DNA of 63,934 bases, counting the filler, from Collodictyon triciliatum (Eukaryota): assembly GCA_043381765.1 (NCBI GenBank). It is 4 parts of 4 records of this genome, joined end to end, with 100 filler letters (N's around TTAATTAATTAA, not from the genome) between each part and the next. Parts side by side here need not be neighbours in the genome. Positions count along the whole stretch, not along the records: positions 21,633 to 42,963 come from JBHJMP010001191.1; 3 more parts are not named here. The stretch is one strand, 5' to 3'. Each line of letters starts with the position of its first letter. The first letter of the stretch is position 1. This document shows, in pieces, positions 22,202 through 39,440 of the stretch. Position numbers and translations under genes: made by a program. A model generated the notes under the pieces. The model was not told where the DNA came from, did not search any database, and was given only the letters and a program-made list of their open reading frames with translations.

Positions 22202-25200
22202 TTAGGCCTTCTGCTTGAGCGTGATTTTGTCTCCGAGGCTGAGTGCGATGCCCTGAGTCTTTGAGCGGATGCGGACATATCCCGTGAGTTTGGTTTCGCG
22301 GGTGCGCTCAACGCTGATGTTTGCCAAAGCGTCTTCGCCTGCAGCCACGAAGTTGCAAACAATATCCGTCGTAAGTAATCAGGTGGTTGATGCTCATCAC
22401 ACGAAATGAATAAGTGAATGATTAAATGATTCAATAAAGAATACTTGGAAGTGTGTCATGTGAAAAGAGAGCAGAGACGATGCCATACCAAAGACACTGC
22501 GCGCATACAGATTGGCGCTCAGGAAGCCGCAGTCGCCCTCCAAGACTTCGTCAGGGGTGAGGCATCGCATATTTGTGGATTTGCATATGTGCGCAAGGAA
22601 TTCGCGCATGTCCGAGATGTTTGTGTTGATGGCCACTTTGTTTTCCCATTCAAATTCGGCCCACATTGTGCGGAACTGCATGTCCGTGCAGAACGCGGGG
22701 GAGATGTAATCCATGATGTCTGATTAAGTAGACGGATTTGAGTGTTTGGAGTGTTTGGAGTGTTTGGAGTGTTTGGAGTGTTTGGAGTGTTTGGAGTGTT
22801 TGGAGTGTTTGGAGTGTTTGGAGTGTTTGGAGTTTTTGGAGTGTTTAGAGTGTTTAGAGTGTTTAGAGTGTTTGAGAAGGAGGCGAGAGTCGCAAATGAA
22901 AAAGGAAAATCATCGAACTGACGGTAGTATGGTAAATATCAAGGAACTGACCAATGTGAATCTCGTTCAAAACAACACAGTTTTTGTCTGGATGCGAGGC
23001 TGTGCCCGCAATGTCGTAGACGATGCTGCCAAAAATGATTCCAGTCTCGGTAGATGTAACCTATCGCAATTAATTGAAATGGTGGCTGTTCCAGCATTAA
23101 ACTAGTCGCAAAAGATATAATTGGATAAGATATTATCCGGAAGACTCAACACTGATTTCATTTTTACCTTGATATTTGCCTTGATTCTGCGGGAGTCCAA
23201 CGGCCCGATGGTATAGTTTTGCGGTCTTTCGCAGAGCTTCAAATCGCCTAGAATGATTTCATCAGGAAAGGTAAGAAATATAGACATGTATGCGAAATGA
23301 CTGCTTCAATACATTTTGAATTCTGGGGTGTGATAAGCATTTGTCTCACCCAGGGTTGCGAGCTCCAAACAAAGATTTTGAAGGGTGTCTGGTGTTTGAT
23401 TAACGACAAGAACATCTAATGAGATGAAAACAGAAAACTTAAATTAGAACAAAACGATTTGGTAGCCTACATGATACTATGAAAAGAAAAGGGTATAAGC
23501 ATATTGATGGCAAGCGCGGAGAAGATATATTTTACAGGTAACGAATGATGAATGTTCTGGCTTACCTAGTACGATGTCGTATTGATGCACGTTGACATAC
23601 GCCTCGGCGTAAACAGAGTCAGAGAATCCTATTGGAAGACAACCAAATTTGGCGGTTTGGAGGAGGAAATTCTCGCAGGTGAAATTATATAAACACCACC
23701 TTTGTGGTAAAGTGCACACAGGGTTATACTCGTAGGAATGAGATGCGTCGAGAACCTGTTAATTGGAAAATGCGGTTTAATCTTGCAGACTCGTCGCCCA
23801 CTTCAGCATTTCCAGTGGCGCGAATTAAATCAGCATCGACTGTGAAAATGAAAATTGAATGAGATAAGGCCGATAATAGGATTATAAAAGAAGACTTTGA
23901 AACCTGAGACCACACATTTTTTTCTGCTTTGCCATTCAAGAGATAGTTTGACTTGAAACGGTCACATTAGAGTATCACAGGAGAGAAAAAAAACATTTAT
24001 TTAGACATACAATCATCTTCCAGCTCGATATTTCCGCCGCGACGCCCCTTGAGGTGACGGAAACTAAGTGGTGCGTCCGGCTGGATTTCAGACGCTTGCT
24101 TCTTCTTTATGGCTTCCTAAACCAAGCAGAAGTTTTTTTAAAAAAAATTGTTTTGTTTTGGTACTAATGAAATTTATCTCAAATAATCATGGATGGAAAG
24201 GGGGGGGGGGGGGGAAAAAAGAAAAAAAAAAAAAAAAAAGGAAAAGGGGGGGGGGGGGGGGAACTGAACAGACAAAGAAAAGACAAAGGAAGTAATGAGA
24301 GAGAAAAATGACCAAGGATTGGATGAGAAGAAATTAAAGAGGTACCTTGGGGTCAATGAGAGACTGCTGATATTGCTTTCGTTGGCGAGATGTTTTCACA
24401 TAGGACGACTTGCAGTCGGAAATGAATGCCAACCTGAACACCGGGAAGGATAAAATACAATAATAATCAAACGATAGCTCGTATAATGTGCGCTTCGCTT
24501 ATGTATAGTGAATGAGAATGGCGGTTTATACTTTGATTGCTCGTTCGCCTCAGCGAGAATACGCATGGACAAGACAATGCGGTCATGGCTGTCTGTGTCG
24601 ATACCTTGGCTAACAAGCCCGCCTTTCCCAAAGCGGATGGTAGATGCGCCAACGAGAAGTGCCTGGGTGAAGATATCAATAAAGAGACATGTTTATGAAA
24701 CTTAGGGCTGTCGTGTGTGCGTTGATAAATCCTATAAAAGAACGTATAAATCGATGTTATTTCTAGGTGTTGGGGTTTGTCTTTGAAAAGAGAAAATGAA
24801 TTACTTACATCAGCAACAATTTTGTTGTAGATAGGTGCTTCCACCTGACCTTGCAGCTTCAAAATGAGTTTTACCATGGTATTCAGAACCACGGAGGCGA
24901 CAAAAAAGTCACCTCCCAGAATCAATCCTGTGAGAGAGAGTAAAGAATTATAGGTCAGTACATGTTCGTTTTTATTTTCACAAGATTTTACGTCGAAGGT
25001 GAGAGAGGTAATAAGGGACAATTTTGCATTATGGAATTGGCCTAATGACTGGAATTACAGAACTATAGATGGGGGAAAAGGTGTTGAATTTACCTCGGAG
25101 ATGTGAATCCTTTGTGGTTGGCTTATCACCTTCTGCTGCAGACACTTGTGTTGCGTAGGTTCCTATGACCACATGAATGAGAGCATTTCACGAACTTTCT

Positions 25201-28200
25201 GTGTAAATAACATGTTTCGTATGATGAAATGCACAGTCAATGATGTTCATTAGTTACCATCTGAAAGTACACGGGTATTGGTGACTTTTGGTGCGGATGT
25301 GGCTTTAGTCTCTTGCTTTTCAGTCTTCCGTGCACACATAGATGTGTAAGAATACACACATGATATAATTTAGAAATTTGCCTCGTGTAATGGGTGAATT
25401 AAGGAGGAATAAGCGCAGGATTCCACAACAACTTCAAAACACTGAGATGTGATTGCTTACAACAGCTTCGTCTTGGATGAAAGGAATATTCCCCAAGTTT
25501 GATTTAATGACATCAAGCCCATTCAGAATCTCCTCACAAGTCTCAGAATATTCACTGAGCAACCAGAGGGCAGAGCGGATAACCTTACTGGAGCGAATCT
25601 GGTAGAATAAATCTAGCAACTTTTGAATGACAGATTGGCGGAGCGAAGGGTACGCTTCGGTGGCCTCACTATCAATACATTATTCGACAATATTTAACAA
25701 ACATGTTTGTTTTACTGTTTTGTTTTTTTAATTAAAGAAAGCTGCGAATGAAATTTTATGATAATAACTATTTGCAAAATAATGATGACCAACCGGACAA
25801 ATGTGATTACGTCTGAAGCAGAAACGGCATTCGAGTCTCCCAAGAAATCCATCAGGACCTTATGTTACGTGATACATATAAATATATTTCTGGTAAAGAA
25901 GGATGCACCAAAGATCAGGGGAAAGGTATTGAACGGTGTATATCGTGTCTTGTTGGAGAAGAGAATATTCAGGCTGGTAGAATTATGTTGCATAAATGGT
26001 GATTGACTAACATGGACAACACTTCCAGCAACAGCGGGGAACTTCACAGCGCATTGGTGGATCGTTTGGATCAGAAGTTGGCGATACTCAGCAGACTCCT
26101 TCATTTCGTAGCAATTGGCGCGGGGAAAGACACATATTTATCATTATTAGTGTGCATTCGCACCTTTCTTAATTAAAGCAAGTTAAGAAAGAGAAAAGTG
26201 AATGCTTTTTTTTTCGTACTTTTTCGATCTCTTTGCTTTGAGTTTTGCTAATCTCCTTTTTAAGAAGCAACACCACTTCGTCAACATTTCTCTGCGTGAT
26301 CAAGTCCAGCGTGATCTCCAATGTTTTCTTGCGGATGTCGATGCTTGGGCTGAACAGTGGATGTAGAGTATATTAATGGTCGTATGGAGTGAGGGAAAGA
26401 AAATTTCCAGCTCTTTATATATAGGCGCTTTCAATTATGTCAGATATCTTACCTGACCAAGGCGCGCATCACGTCCATAAGCAGTTCTTGCATGATTTTA
26501 GGGTGATTTGATTTAATTTCAACCAGCCGATCCAAAACGATGATTTTTACGTTATTATCACTCTCCTGCGGTTGTTAAAAAAAATAGGAATAATTAAATA
26601 AAAGGAAAAATAAAAGGAAAAATAAAAGGATATCCCTATGGAAGTATGTGCGATATGAATGCTACCATGTAACTTCATATATCAGGGCACTCACGTTGAC
26701 CAGGAGCTGAATGAAAGCGCCAGTAGCTGCTTGAATAAGGAACTTGGCGCTGGATAGAGATATCAAGGTAACAGCACTTTCTAAATGTATAGTAATATTT
26801 CGAAATTAAGTTGTGCAACGCCGAAAGATGCCAGGTGCCGAGGTATACTGTAGTTGGCGGTAATATGATGAGTGATTGAAGAGAACCACTACCGTACCAT
26901 ATTGGACAGCAGGAGAAGACGATTGAAGTAGCGCATGAGCGCACTTCAAGTATTTAGACTATTGCGAAAAAAAAATGCTTTAAATGAGTCGTGTCAACAA
27001 GTATGCGTGTAAAGTATTGGGAATATTAGTAATAAAAATAACAATAATTAGAAAAATCATGGATTAAAAGATAAAGTCTACTTTATCAGCGGGCTGAGTC
27101 TTGCATATTTTTCGGATAAGCTCAACAGCAACGAGTTGAAGCATTTCTCCCCAGCTCGGCACCTAAATTGAAGAAAAGATGAATAACACATCGGGCATAT
27201 ATTTGGGAATAATACGGTAATGAATAAAAAGGGAAGGTATGGACATTTCGCCCCTTTATGTTACACAAGATATCATTTTCAACTCTACCGATTCGAGATT
27301 GGAAGAAAGGTATTCGATGGCTTTTTCTTGTGCGCAGTTAAACAGCATCATAAAAGCATTCCTCTTGCAGCTCAGATCAGATTCCTGTGTTTATGCATCG
27401 ATTTTTTAAGCTTGTTTTTTGCTTTGGTATTTAAAACTATCATAAATGGACACTCTACTCATAGAAGAAACGCCGCCTTTTAAGGTGATATGTAAAGACG
27501 AGAAAGTAAGAGTGTCAGCATAACAAAACAAAAGAAAACCAATTGCTATCTGGCAACTTCGATAGGAAGCGAACTTACGCTTTGGAGAAAGTTGTAGATG
27601 ACATCAGGGGCATCAGGACACAAAGCATCGGATATTCGGTAGACTGAGAAAAGAGTTAGAACGGCATTGCGCTTCACATACGAGTGGCGATGCTCCAGGT
27701 TGGAACGGATGGATGGGACAAGGGGCTCCAGAATCTCCGGTTCCTTCAGCTTTGACAAAAAACGAAGTGCAGAGCCGCGGACATACTCGTTGTGAGAGTT
27801 GAGATACACACGAAAGTAATTGCTAAGCGATTTTTTTTGTACGATTTCGACTCATTAGTAATCGATCCAATAAAGTGTCTGCATATATATATACACACAC
27901 ATCTTATTTGGTAGAATGGTTTGATTATTCGTGATATCCTCAATTGCAACATAGAATAAACCACAAAGACAGTCACAGAGACATATTCAGCAGCATAGTG
28001 ATAGCGAGTTGTAAGTCAGTGCCAACCAAGCGAGAATCATCTCGGGCAGAAGCTTGCCGTCAGCCCCGTAAATATCGACCGACTCCCAGTAAAGCAGAAC
28101 CATTTTGATCACCTCGTGCTCTTTCATCGGCATGCAGAAGCGAATCACAGACATGATCAAAGGCTGCAGAGACTCGCCGTTCAACATGCTTAGAATCGCC

Positions 28201-28322
28201 GTTTTCAACACACGCACCTTCTGCTCGGGTGCTCCAGTTTCCAGTTGTGTTTTCATTTCCGCCAAGGAGAGCGGCTCCACTTTGTCCGTGGCAAAAAGTA
28301 CAGTGCACGGACGCTCGGCCAT
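22202..28322 (-). CDS. COPB1: Coatomer subunit beta (beta-COP), about 24 exons
   Basis: The spliced frame contains [89 protein letters not shown] and [20 protein letters not shown], ending at TAA 22204-22202. All introns are GT-AG. Confidence 0.97.
22738..22875. repeat. (GAGTGTTTG)n 9-bp minisatellite in a COPB intron
   Basis: About 15 copies, directly visible. Confidence 0.95.
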
Positions 28323-29127
28323 TCTGTCTAGCTTGCTTGTTTGCTTGCTTGTGGATGCTTTGTTGGGAGGTTTTGTCGTGTATGAGAAGCTGCAGTCAGA
28401 AAGGGCGGCGAAGTGAACGACACAGAAAAGGAGGAGACACTCAGCAAAAGTGTTTGTTTTCCTGGCTGGGACTTATCTCTCGGCAGATCTTTTCATGATC
28501 GCCCGACTTCTCTTTGGATTTCTTCTATCCTTCTGCTTGGTCAAGTCCGTCTGCGAACTCGTGCTGATTCATCTGTGACTTGGTTGGGCACACACGAACA
28601 CACACATGTATTTTTTTGGATGAAATATATAATTATGTGATGTGATTGAATGTCTTTTTTCAGGCATACTTTGCAATCGCTGAACACACACACCCACGTT
28701 TCTTTCGATAATACGCTTTTGTTGGGCGATTCTCGCAATTAGGAGAAAGTGTGCGCACAATGACAGACATAATGATGGGTTTCCTATCTATCTTTTTTTT
28801 AATACATATATCGATTCAATTCATACAGATGTGAACACAAGTTCACTGCAATCACGATTCTGGGGCGCAGAAGACACCGTATAGAAGGAGAGAAAATAAA
28901 ACAGACTTCCATCGTCGCGGTTGTGGGGAAGTGAAAACTAGGAAGAAGACAAATCTACGGCACAGATTAGTAAGAAAAGCAGGATGGAAAAAGTGACTGG
29001 CAAGTTGTGGGCGATACAGTTTTTCAGATGATGCGGACAGAATTGCGGATTTGTTACTTATTCGGTTCCTTCTAATTCTTTTTATGGAGCTGAAATATCT
29101 GTCATTTGGTTTGGCGAGGAGTCATTA

Positions 29128-32100
29128 TCAGGAGCGTGGAGCCGCTGGTCCGATCTGGCTGTCGTATGTTATCGGTTGGAACGGAATGCCATCACCAGCG
29201 TAGAATTTATTTTGAAACTCGACCCTTTTGAATGAGAAAAGCAATAAGAAGAAAAAATAACCGTAAAGAAAGTATGAGATTCTATGGGATGCGCTTGTTC
29301 AGAAGTTATCACGACGTCGTCACAACTTTTATCAGTGTTTCATAATCGGTGCTGTCAATTAAGCAGGTGTATATGCATCGTGCATGAAACAAAGAGCACC
29401 AACCAATGAAGTCGGAGGGCGTGAAGAAAAGCAGAGAGACTTTCCATCATTAAAAGCACAGCTACGGTGGCACCGGCCCAAATGCAGAAGGCCACGACTA
29501 TGGCAATAGGATTTCCCGTGGCAAGAGAGTTTATCATAATTTGCTCCCAAAATACTTTGGAAAGCTCTACATTGGCCCAACAAGGGTTTATTTTTTTTGA
29601 ACCAAAAGGAATAGAGAGTAAAAATTAATTCCATAGAATTGCGTTAAATCATACTGCTGTACATTTTTTGAATTCAATAGATTTGATAATAAAGAGAGAA
29701 AGAAATCACCTGAATGGGCCAGACTGAGTGCCCATAGGCGCAAATATGAAGCAGTGTTTGAAACAGCGCCCAAGACATATTCGATTGTGTGAATAGTTTG
29801 GTGTGTCATTTCGTCCCAAAAGTTGTGACCATGCTCCTGTTGGTTGTAAAGAAGAAAAAGAAGAATATGCATTTTGTAAATCATGGTGTTTATTGACTGA
29901 AATCGAATCTAAAAGAAAAATCAACCCTACTTCACTAGATGAAGAAAATGAAATTATGTAAGACAGCATTGATATATATATATATCTGAAAGGCACATTC
30001 CATGCTACCTCATCAGAACGATCAGACTCGCCATCAACGTCTCGATTAATATCAATGTTCGCATCCTGTGATACAGACCGATAGGCAGGATGGCGGCCAT
30101 TATGTTGTAGAACAGGCTTTCCAAATAGCATCCAAGGAATACAAATAAAGGCCAGGAAAGCTAGAAAGCTTTGAATTCCAGCCTGCATAAAGTACCAGGT
30201 TATTAAACTTAAACTTAAAAAAATTAGGGCTTCAAGAAAAGTAAGTTACAAATAGCATGTACATAACTTTCATGAGAAAAATCGAAAATAATGGCATCAG
30301 TTCATGGAAATGAGTATGAATGACAAACAAATAAAATACCTGGCCTGGGTACAGAGGATTTGTGACTACGCCTGGATGGAGAAACATGTCTATCATCGTA
30401 TTAACTAGTAGAGGAGCTTCACTTTCTCGTCCAGTCCAGTCCATCGACCATTTTAGAAGTATCAACAAAACCAAATATCCGAATATACTCATCATAAAGA
30501 TTAACTGCGGTATGAATTCGCAGTATATGCTCAATGGTTTGTTGAAGTGCTTGTGATTGTAGTAGCTCAGGAATACGCCCAAAACCATCTGTATTCATAT
30601 TATCAATTTCATCCGTTATATTAGTTTACTTTGAGGAATCGTGTGGAAGAAATCATATGCGCAGCACGAGTAAAATTGTATTAAAATTCCATTATATCGT
30701 TGACAGGTAAGTAAAGAAAAAAACTGCAAACATGAGCAACTCCGAAAATGATAGATAGCTTCATTTTCAAAGAGTTGTAAAATTCAAGTTCATTGCTTGT
30801 CCAAAGCCAGCTCTGGTATTCATAAAAAAAAATAATTGAGTAATGAATATTTAAACTAAAAAATAATTAAACTCTTTTTGGATATGCTATGATAATTTCA
30901 TCCGTTTCAGCTTTAATGCGGATGATGTCAAAGGGTATGAAAAAAATGAATATCTAACTGGGTCAACTCCAAAAGGATAAACTCTGTCATCTATTCTCTT
31001 GGCCATGGTTGACCCGTTAAACTCCCAAGTGGATTGAAAGAATCGAACTGGTAATGAAAAGAACTCTCCGTAAATGGCACCGACATATACGGAAAAGAAA
31101 GCCATGAGCAAAATCATGTATCTTGCCTCGATCATAGCTCCTCCTACCTATAGGGGAAGATAAAATAATACAAACAGTCGTCGCCAATAAGTTAGCGGTT
31201 CTAATTAGATAACCTTTCGTGTGAAAATCGATTTAAATAATAGCGTCATGGTGTGGTTACATTAAAAAAAAAATGCAATCATATGAGTGTAAGAAAATAC
31301 TTCTCCAGCCTCCTTCTTGTTTGAATCCCCTTTCTTTACCAGATAGATGGCGTATAATAACATCAATAATCCATGCCCAACATCCCCAAACATGATTCCA
31401 AACAGGAAAGGGAACGTAACAATCGTAAATGGAGCTTATATCAGCATAAAATAAGACCACGGTGCATCACGAGTTCCGATTGGATATGATTGAAGCATAG
31501 TCAATGCAATAAATAGTTTATATATTGTAATGATAATAATATTTCGGTAAAGTAAAACTTTTCTTTTTCCTATATAACCATGAATAGATGAAAGAGATGT
31601 CGGTTCTTCGTTTTCTCTGATGACAATAGTAGGAATAAATGCGTATAGTTACTCGGGTTTAATTCTCCAAAGCGAGCAACGCCGTATGCATCCACAATCG
31701 ACTGGAAAGGCCTTGTTAGGGTATCAAGTGCAAAATGAGTCGGTGGGGTGGAAGTTGCTGGAATAGATGTAGCTATTGACGGAACTCGCACACCGCTTCG
31801 CATCTAGATATATAATACCCGATCAGCAACCATGAGTTTTCTGTCGAAAAATGTGTGCGTACTTTCAATACTACAATAGTAGTATTAATATTTTCTTTAT
31901 TGGTCATATTTATTTATTTTCGTTTAATGAGTATGATTCTATGTTTCGTAATTTAAATATTAAGGAAAAGCAAACAGAGCCGCGCTGTAACGCCTCAGAA
32001 ATCTCTCGGACAGAGGAAGATGGACACCAAGCCTCGCCAATGAAACATTTTCTGCTCACATCATTGTCCATCATGTTCAACACATAGTAAATGTATTTTT

Positions 32101-34312
32101 CCTGTTTTTATATGATTAGCTTCTTACATTGCACCAGTAATGTACCAAGGCATGACCAAGTATTTATGATTGGATGAAGAGACCCCCTAATTCTCTAAAG
32201 TAATTATTTCCCTCAACTTTTAAGTTTTTAGGCGAAATTTGAAGTTTTTTTCCTCTTTTTTTGGGTGATTTATGTATTACCTTCTTTATTGCTTCTTTCC
32301 ATGATTGATGGTGTCGGAGTGTTTTGATTAGTGTGTGTCTCCTCCTCTCAACGGTCCTTTTCAGGACCTAGGTGGAATGGGTAAGCATAAACGTCATATT
32401 TTTTCAAAGAAAAGAAAAGAAAATAAGGAATGATACTCTATTGAAATTGCTCATAAGGGGCGAAGGGATCCAAATTTGATGATATTTTAGCATGGGGATA
32501 GTGTCTTCAATATAATATATGTGTTGTATTACAGTCTCGAATTCATCCAGTTGGGCCTCCATCTTGCTTCTGAGAACAGTTCTTTCCTGCAAACTTGACG
32601 GGCACTCGTACAAGTTCGCTCCCATTGTCTCGCATATCTTTTTTACTTTTATATTTAATCGGTCTCCTTGCAAAAATATAACAAAGACAGACTTTGCTAC
32701 TTTCAGTCCCTGTGAAAAAAAAATATATAGTAAATTAATAATTTTCTAGACCCAGTTTTCAAATAAAAAAAGGTGGAGGACATAATGATTCAATTTGTCC
32801 TCAATCAAGCTGGAAAATCTAGGAATTGTCATAACTACCGATTTGGGGTCAAAAATATCATCATCAATCTCTGATGTTCTAAGGAAGATATTTCCTCGGG
32901 ATGACCTCCACAAAACACGACAGAATTGGTCAAGGACGTCTCGAGCTATGATTCCAGATATGTATCTGCATTTGAAGAGAATAAATTTTATTTTCTTCAT
33001 TATTTTTTTTTAAAGATCGCAGTTTTCATATAGTTGTATATCTACGAATCGAAAAGATGTACATCTGGGTGGACTAGACATAAAAAAAAAAAAAAGAGTA
33101 TATGCTAATCTATCAATTTTACATTTTGTGGGCTGTGAAAATGAAAGGTGATATACCCCAATCGGAAGGAAGTTTCTCTCAAGGGAATAGAAACAGATTC
33201 GCCCAAGAGACTGGAATTCCCATCATCCCAGAGAGATGGTGCTCTGCTTGAAGAACCGCCAAAATTAGCACCGAAGTTTTCTGCAGGTGGCATTATCCCT
33301 ACGCTAGTCTCATCATGTTCTCCTTGGTGCTAGAAAGAACATTCACAGGGTGAATCCTCGAACCAAAAAAAAATTGGAATGATTAAAATCCTTGATTAAA
33401 AAATAAGTAATTAAATGCAAGATATTTCGCACATATGCACAGGTTTTTGTGGTACCTTGTCAAAGAAAACATTGTCTTTTCCGAGAACCTGAAGGAGCTC
33501 TTTTGTCTCGGCAATAGACCGAATCAGAAGTGTTTCACTATTGCGCAGTTCTTTCAGCTCCTTTTCCATCAATTCCAGCTCGTGTTCCATGCCCTCAAGA
33601 CCCTCTCGATCTGAGGCCAAGACTATATGATCCTGCGAATGAACCATGCTTGTGTCACGCGGACATTGTGCGATATGGTGATTAAGTTCTTCATAAAAAT
33701 AGCGTAGTTTTCTTTCTGCTTCATCCCAGCGGCGAACTTCATGCACGAATTTCCTTTGAAAGGCTGATACGCCACTCTTCATCTGCGAATGAGTCCAGCA
33801 TAGATTTCATAAGTATTGTGGAAGTGTTCAATTAGAATCCTCAAAGGAAGGAATAAGGGGAAATAAAAATAAAATAAAAAGGCAAAGCAAATGGGATGGT
33901 CATGTGACATTTTCATGGAATGCACTTATTAAGGTGAAAGTGGAGTAAAGGAGGAGAAAGAAAGAAGAAGAAAAAGGAGAATACGTCATAGTGCGATTAT
34001 GCTGCAGAAATTATTGTATATGTTAAAACTGAATAATTTGCAAGACATAGTAGAGAGAGAAGAGGGAAAATATGTGACTCACTGTCCAACGTGACTGAAT
34101 TGATAGAAATGAATAGAAGAAGAACAAAAAAAGTAATTCAGAGAGAAAAGAAAAGAAAAGAAAAACAATAAATCCAAAGGCAGGCTTCCGCTCACATCTC
34201 GAAACTCAAGCGAGCCCAGCGTGATCAACTCGTCGACAATATCATGTGCAGCATCGGCCTGCAAGTAGAGCTGCAGCAGATGCATCTTTTCGGAGCGCAT
34301 GATCGACCGCAT
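29128..34312 (-). CDS. ATP6V0A: V-type H+-ATPase V0 subunit a (Vph1/Stv1 family), multi-exon
   Basis: Contains [86 protein letters not shown] (with the essential Arg) and [19 protein letters not shown], and ends in TGA-TAA-TGA. Confidence 0.97.
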
Positions 34313-35424
34313 CTTGTCTGGCAACTCAGCCTCAAGAGTCTGCAAGGATGATCCAAACGAGACCGAGGACTGCGCAGAGTGGGACAAAGGCAAAGAAGAC
34401 AACAACGAAGCGCTTTGCGGACTGGACGGGCGATCGGCTCTGCTTTCGACCGAGCTGTGTGGTCGATAGTGCGGCGAGTTGCGTCTGCGCTCCGTTTTGA
34501 AGGCCCTTCTGCGGTTTGTGTGGCGCCTGAGAAAGAGGAAAACAGGCAGAGTGTGAGTGACAAAGACCGAATGGAATAAAGATAAAACATGACAAACAGA
34601 GATAATACAGTGGGTGCGCGAGATGGGTCGGTGCTGAACAACACGCGGCGTTTGAAGAGCGAGGAGACAGAAGGGAAGGGATTTGGGCGGCGATTATGTT
34701 TCAATACGTGTGCCTTTGGATTATAGGAATAAGGTGGCAAAGTGGAGCGGATGAGTTGTCCTCTTCTCGGCGATGATTTCTGAAAGACGTCATTAGTACA
34801 TATGAATACTGAAAAGATCAAATATTGAAGTTACTTATCTATTCAAACGTATTTTGTCAGTTAATAATTTAATTGATAATATTTTCCGCATATGTAATAT
34901 TCACGACCACAAGGCGCTGGCACTCAGCTGCGAACAAAGTTGCCCAGGTACGGAACAATTCCAGTCGGCTTCCGCATGTGGCAATTCTGGATACAAAAAT
35001 CTTGCTCCATAAAAAGCAACCAGATTGCATATCCACAAAACCTATGCGGTAAAAAGTGACAACCAAGTCGGTCCAGGCGATCGATGCCGCGCGATGTCAA
35101 AGTCAAAAGCACGAGGCAGCCTCCGCGCACATAAAGGTCGGGGGAAAAAACAGCACTATCGAGAGCCAAAATGTGGGATCGAAAAAAGATAAGCAAATAG
35201 AATGTTCGATGCAAAGGCCAAGAGTCCCTGTTTCGCAAGAACAATAAATGAGAATGTCCTCCAACCAAGCACCTGATCGTATGTCGCCCGGTAGAAACAG
35301 ACAAACACAAAGACAGAAACACAAAGAGACAAACACAAAGAAACAGACAGAGACAAAGAAACAGATAACCACATTCTGCAAAACACAAACAACATCAGCA
35401 GGATATAAGAAAGTTGCCGAGAAA

Positions 35425-37360
<1,936 letters not shown>

Positions 37361-39403
37361 GGTGTGCGGGGAGGCTTCTCTTTCCATTCCCTCTCAATCT
37401 GCCTTGCTTTGCTTCTCCATCTTCATGATTCCGAAGATTACCAGAGAGGGTAACGAATGGCCAGATAATTTCCAGTTGTCCCTATAAAGTATAAGCACAA
37501 AAAAAAAAAAAAAAATCAAACTGGTTTTAGAGAAGGATAGAATTTTATTTCTGATTCGTCATCTGCTCTTTTGATTCTGATTGCATTGGACTGCGAGGGA
37601 AAATCACAAAAAATAAAATAAAATAAGTGAATATAAAAATGCGCTATACTATCAGAAAGAACAAGCCAGCATAATCGGATAGATACACGCTGCATCTACG
37701 TATACCCGGTCATACATCGATGTTCTTACAGTTGTGAATCATCCTTGTGATACTCACAAATGACGTGGCCTTAAAAACAAGAAAGACACAACAAGCCTTG
37801 GGTTCGAAGGTATATAACCAGCCCAGAAAGAAGGATAACCACATGCGTTTTTTTCCATATTCTTTTCTAACAAGTATTACATTTATTTATCAACTTCTGG
37901 GAAACATATGACATGCAAAATTCAATCGTAGGCCTCCAAAGTCCATTAGCATATTTTGCACGAATGTTGAAAAAATGACACCACTGTCGTTTCCCATGAA
38001 GAGCATGTAATTCCATCCTTCAACTTGAAGAACTGCTGAACATCAACACAATCTTTTTCTTGTGTCTTATCAGATAATATCACCAGGCTACAAAAGCAGG
38101 ATGCTCGTTTCAAGACAATCTAGATTCATTTTGGTGTGGCAGACTGCCGCTTTATCCAAAGGAAGTACAACCAGATTTTATACGCGACACAATTTCAAAG
38201 AAATCCAAGAACTGGAACACAAAGAGAAAAAATGTGATGAAGCAGGCGTTGAAGCAGGATTAAATCAGCAGCAAGAAAAGCAAGAAGTGGAACAAGTATT
38301 GATTTATATATAATTTCAGAAGGTTACTGCGCAGTACAAGAAAACCCATGACAACATCTACTTGAAATTATATTCAGCCTTATATTCCTAGGAAACATGC
38401 TTATTCGTTCATCTACCACGTACAAGATTTTCTATTGGTTTATCGATAGCATTTACGCCACAAAGTCATTTATTTATCAAAATATCAGGCAGCTGCTACC
38501 CAGAAAGAAATCGACAAATTATATGCTTCTATGGCCACCAAAGAGACAGTAAGTTATGAGAGAATTATTATGGTAAACATCCTTAAAATATTTTAAACGC
38601 TTAAATGGATTAGGGCAATAACATCTCGGAACCAGACACCCAAGAGCAACGTATGTAATAATCATAAAATCAGAAGAGCTGGCCCTAAATCTTTCCTTTA
38701 TTTATGTATTTATTTATGCACATTCTGCACTGTATTCAATTCGAACCCCTCTTTTAAACAAGAAAAAAAAGTAGAGTCTCCAAAGAATTCTTTTACTCCC
38801 ATATTGTCAAGCCAATACACTTATACGCTGACACCTAAGGACTTGGTTTTTTTTATTTCTACCCTTTTCTTTGAGACGAATCAGACCACGAAGTTATAAT
38901 TATTAAACAATAGTTTGCGGAAACCTTATGAAAGTCACTGATTCATGAAATGAAAGATGATTCATGCCGAGACAGCATAATTAATGACATTTAATATTGT
39001 AATAAAAAACCCAAGGACCTTGGAGAAATATTGAGGTCTAATAAAGTTAAGTCCCACAAGAAGAAAGGCGGAGATAAAGCGCTAGAATTTACCGATTATT
39101 TTGCGCGAACAAATGTCGGGTTTGGTGGAATTCCTTCATACTCTCAGAAAATCGGCCGCTCCATGGTCAATTATTACCAGGTTCATTTTATTAAAAAAAA
39201 ACTGCGAATGATTTTGTAACAAAGCACTATTCTATAAAACTTTCTCAATTATTAAAAATAAAATCGATATTTGAGTTAAATGGAAAATATTGACACATTC
39301 TGGTGTAGCGATTATGGAGACCCCAAGGCCGTGAAAATTTTCAACACAAGAAGATAAAAATCAAAAGCCCCAAGGAAAACTGAGAGGGAATCGATATGAA
39401 TTC

Positions 39404-39405
39404 AA

Positions 39406-39440
<35 letters not shown>
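39404..39440. repeat. (AAAT)n microsatellite
   Basis: About 9 copies, directly visible. Confidence 0.9.

Noticed and set aside
26620-26636. ATATCCTTTT (U12-type donor consensus) on the minus strand
   Set aside because: It lies inside an ordinary GT-AG COPB intron whose flanking exons join in frame. None of the introns I traced required AT-AC ends.
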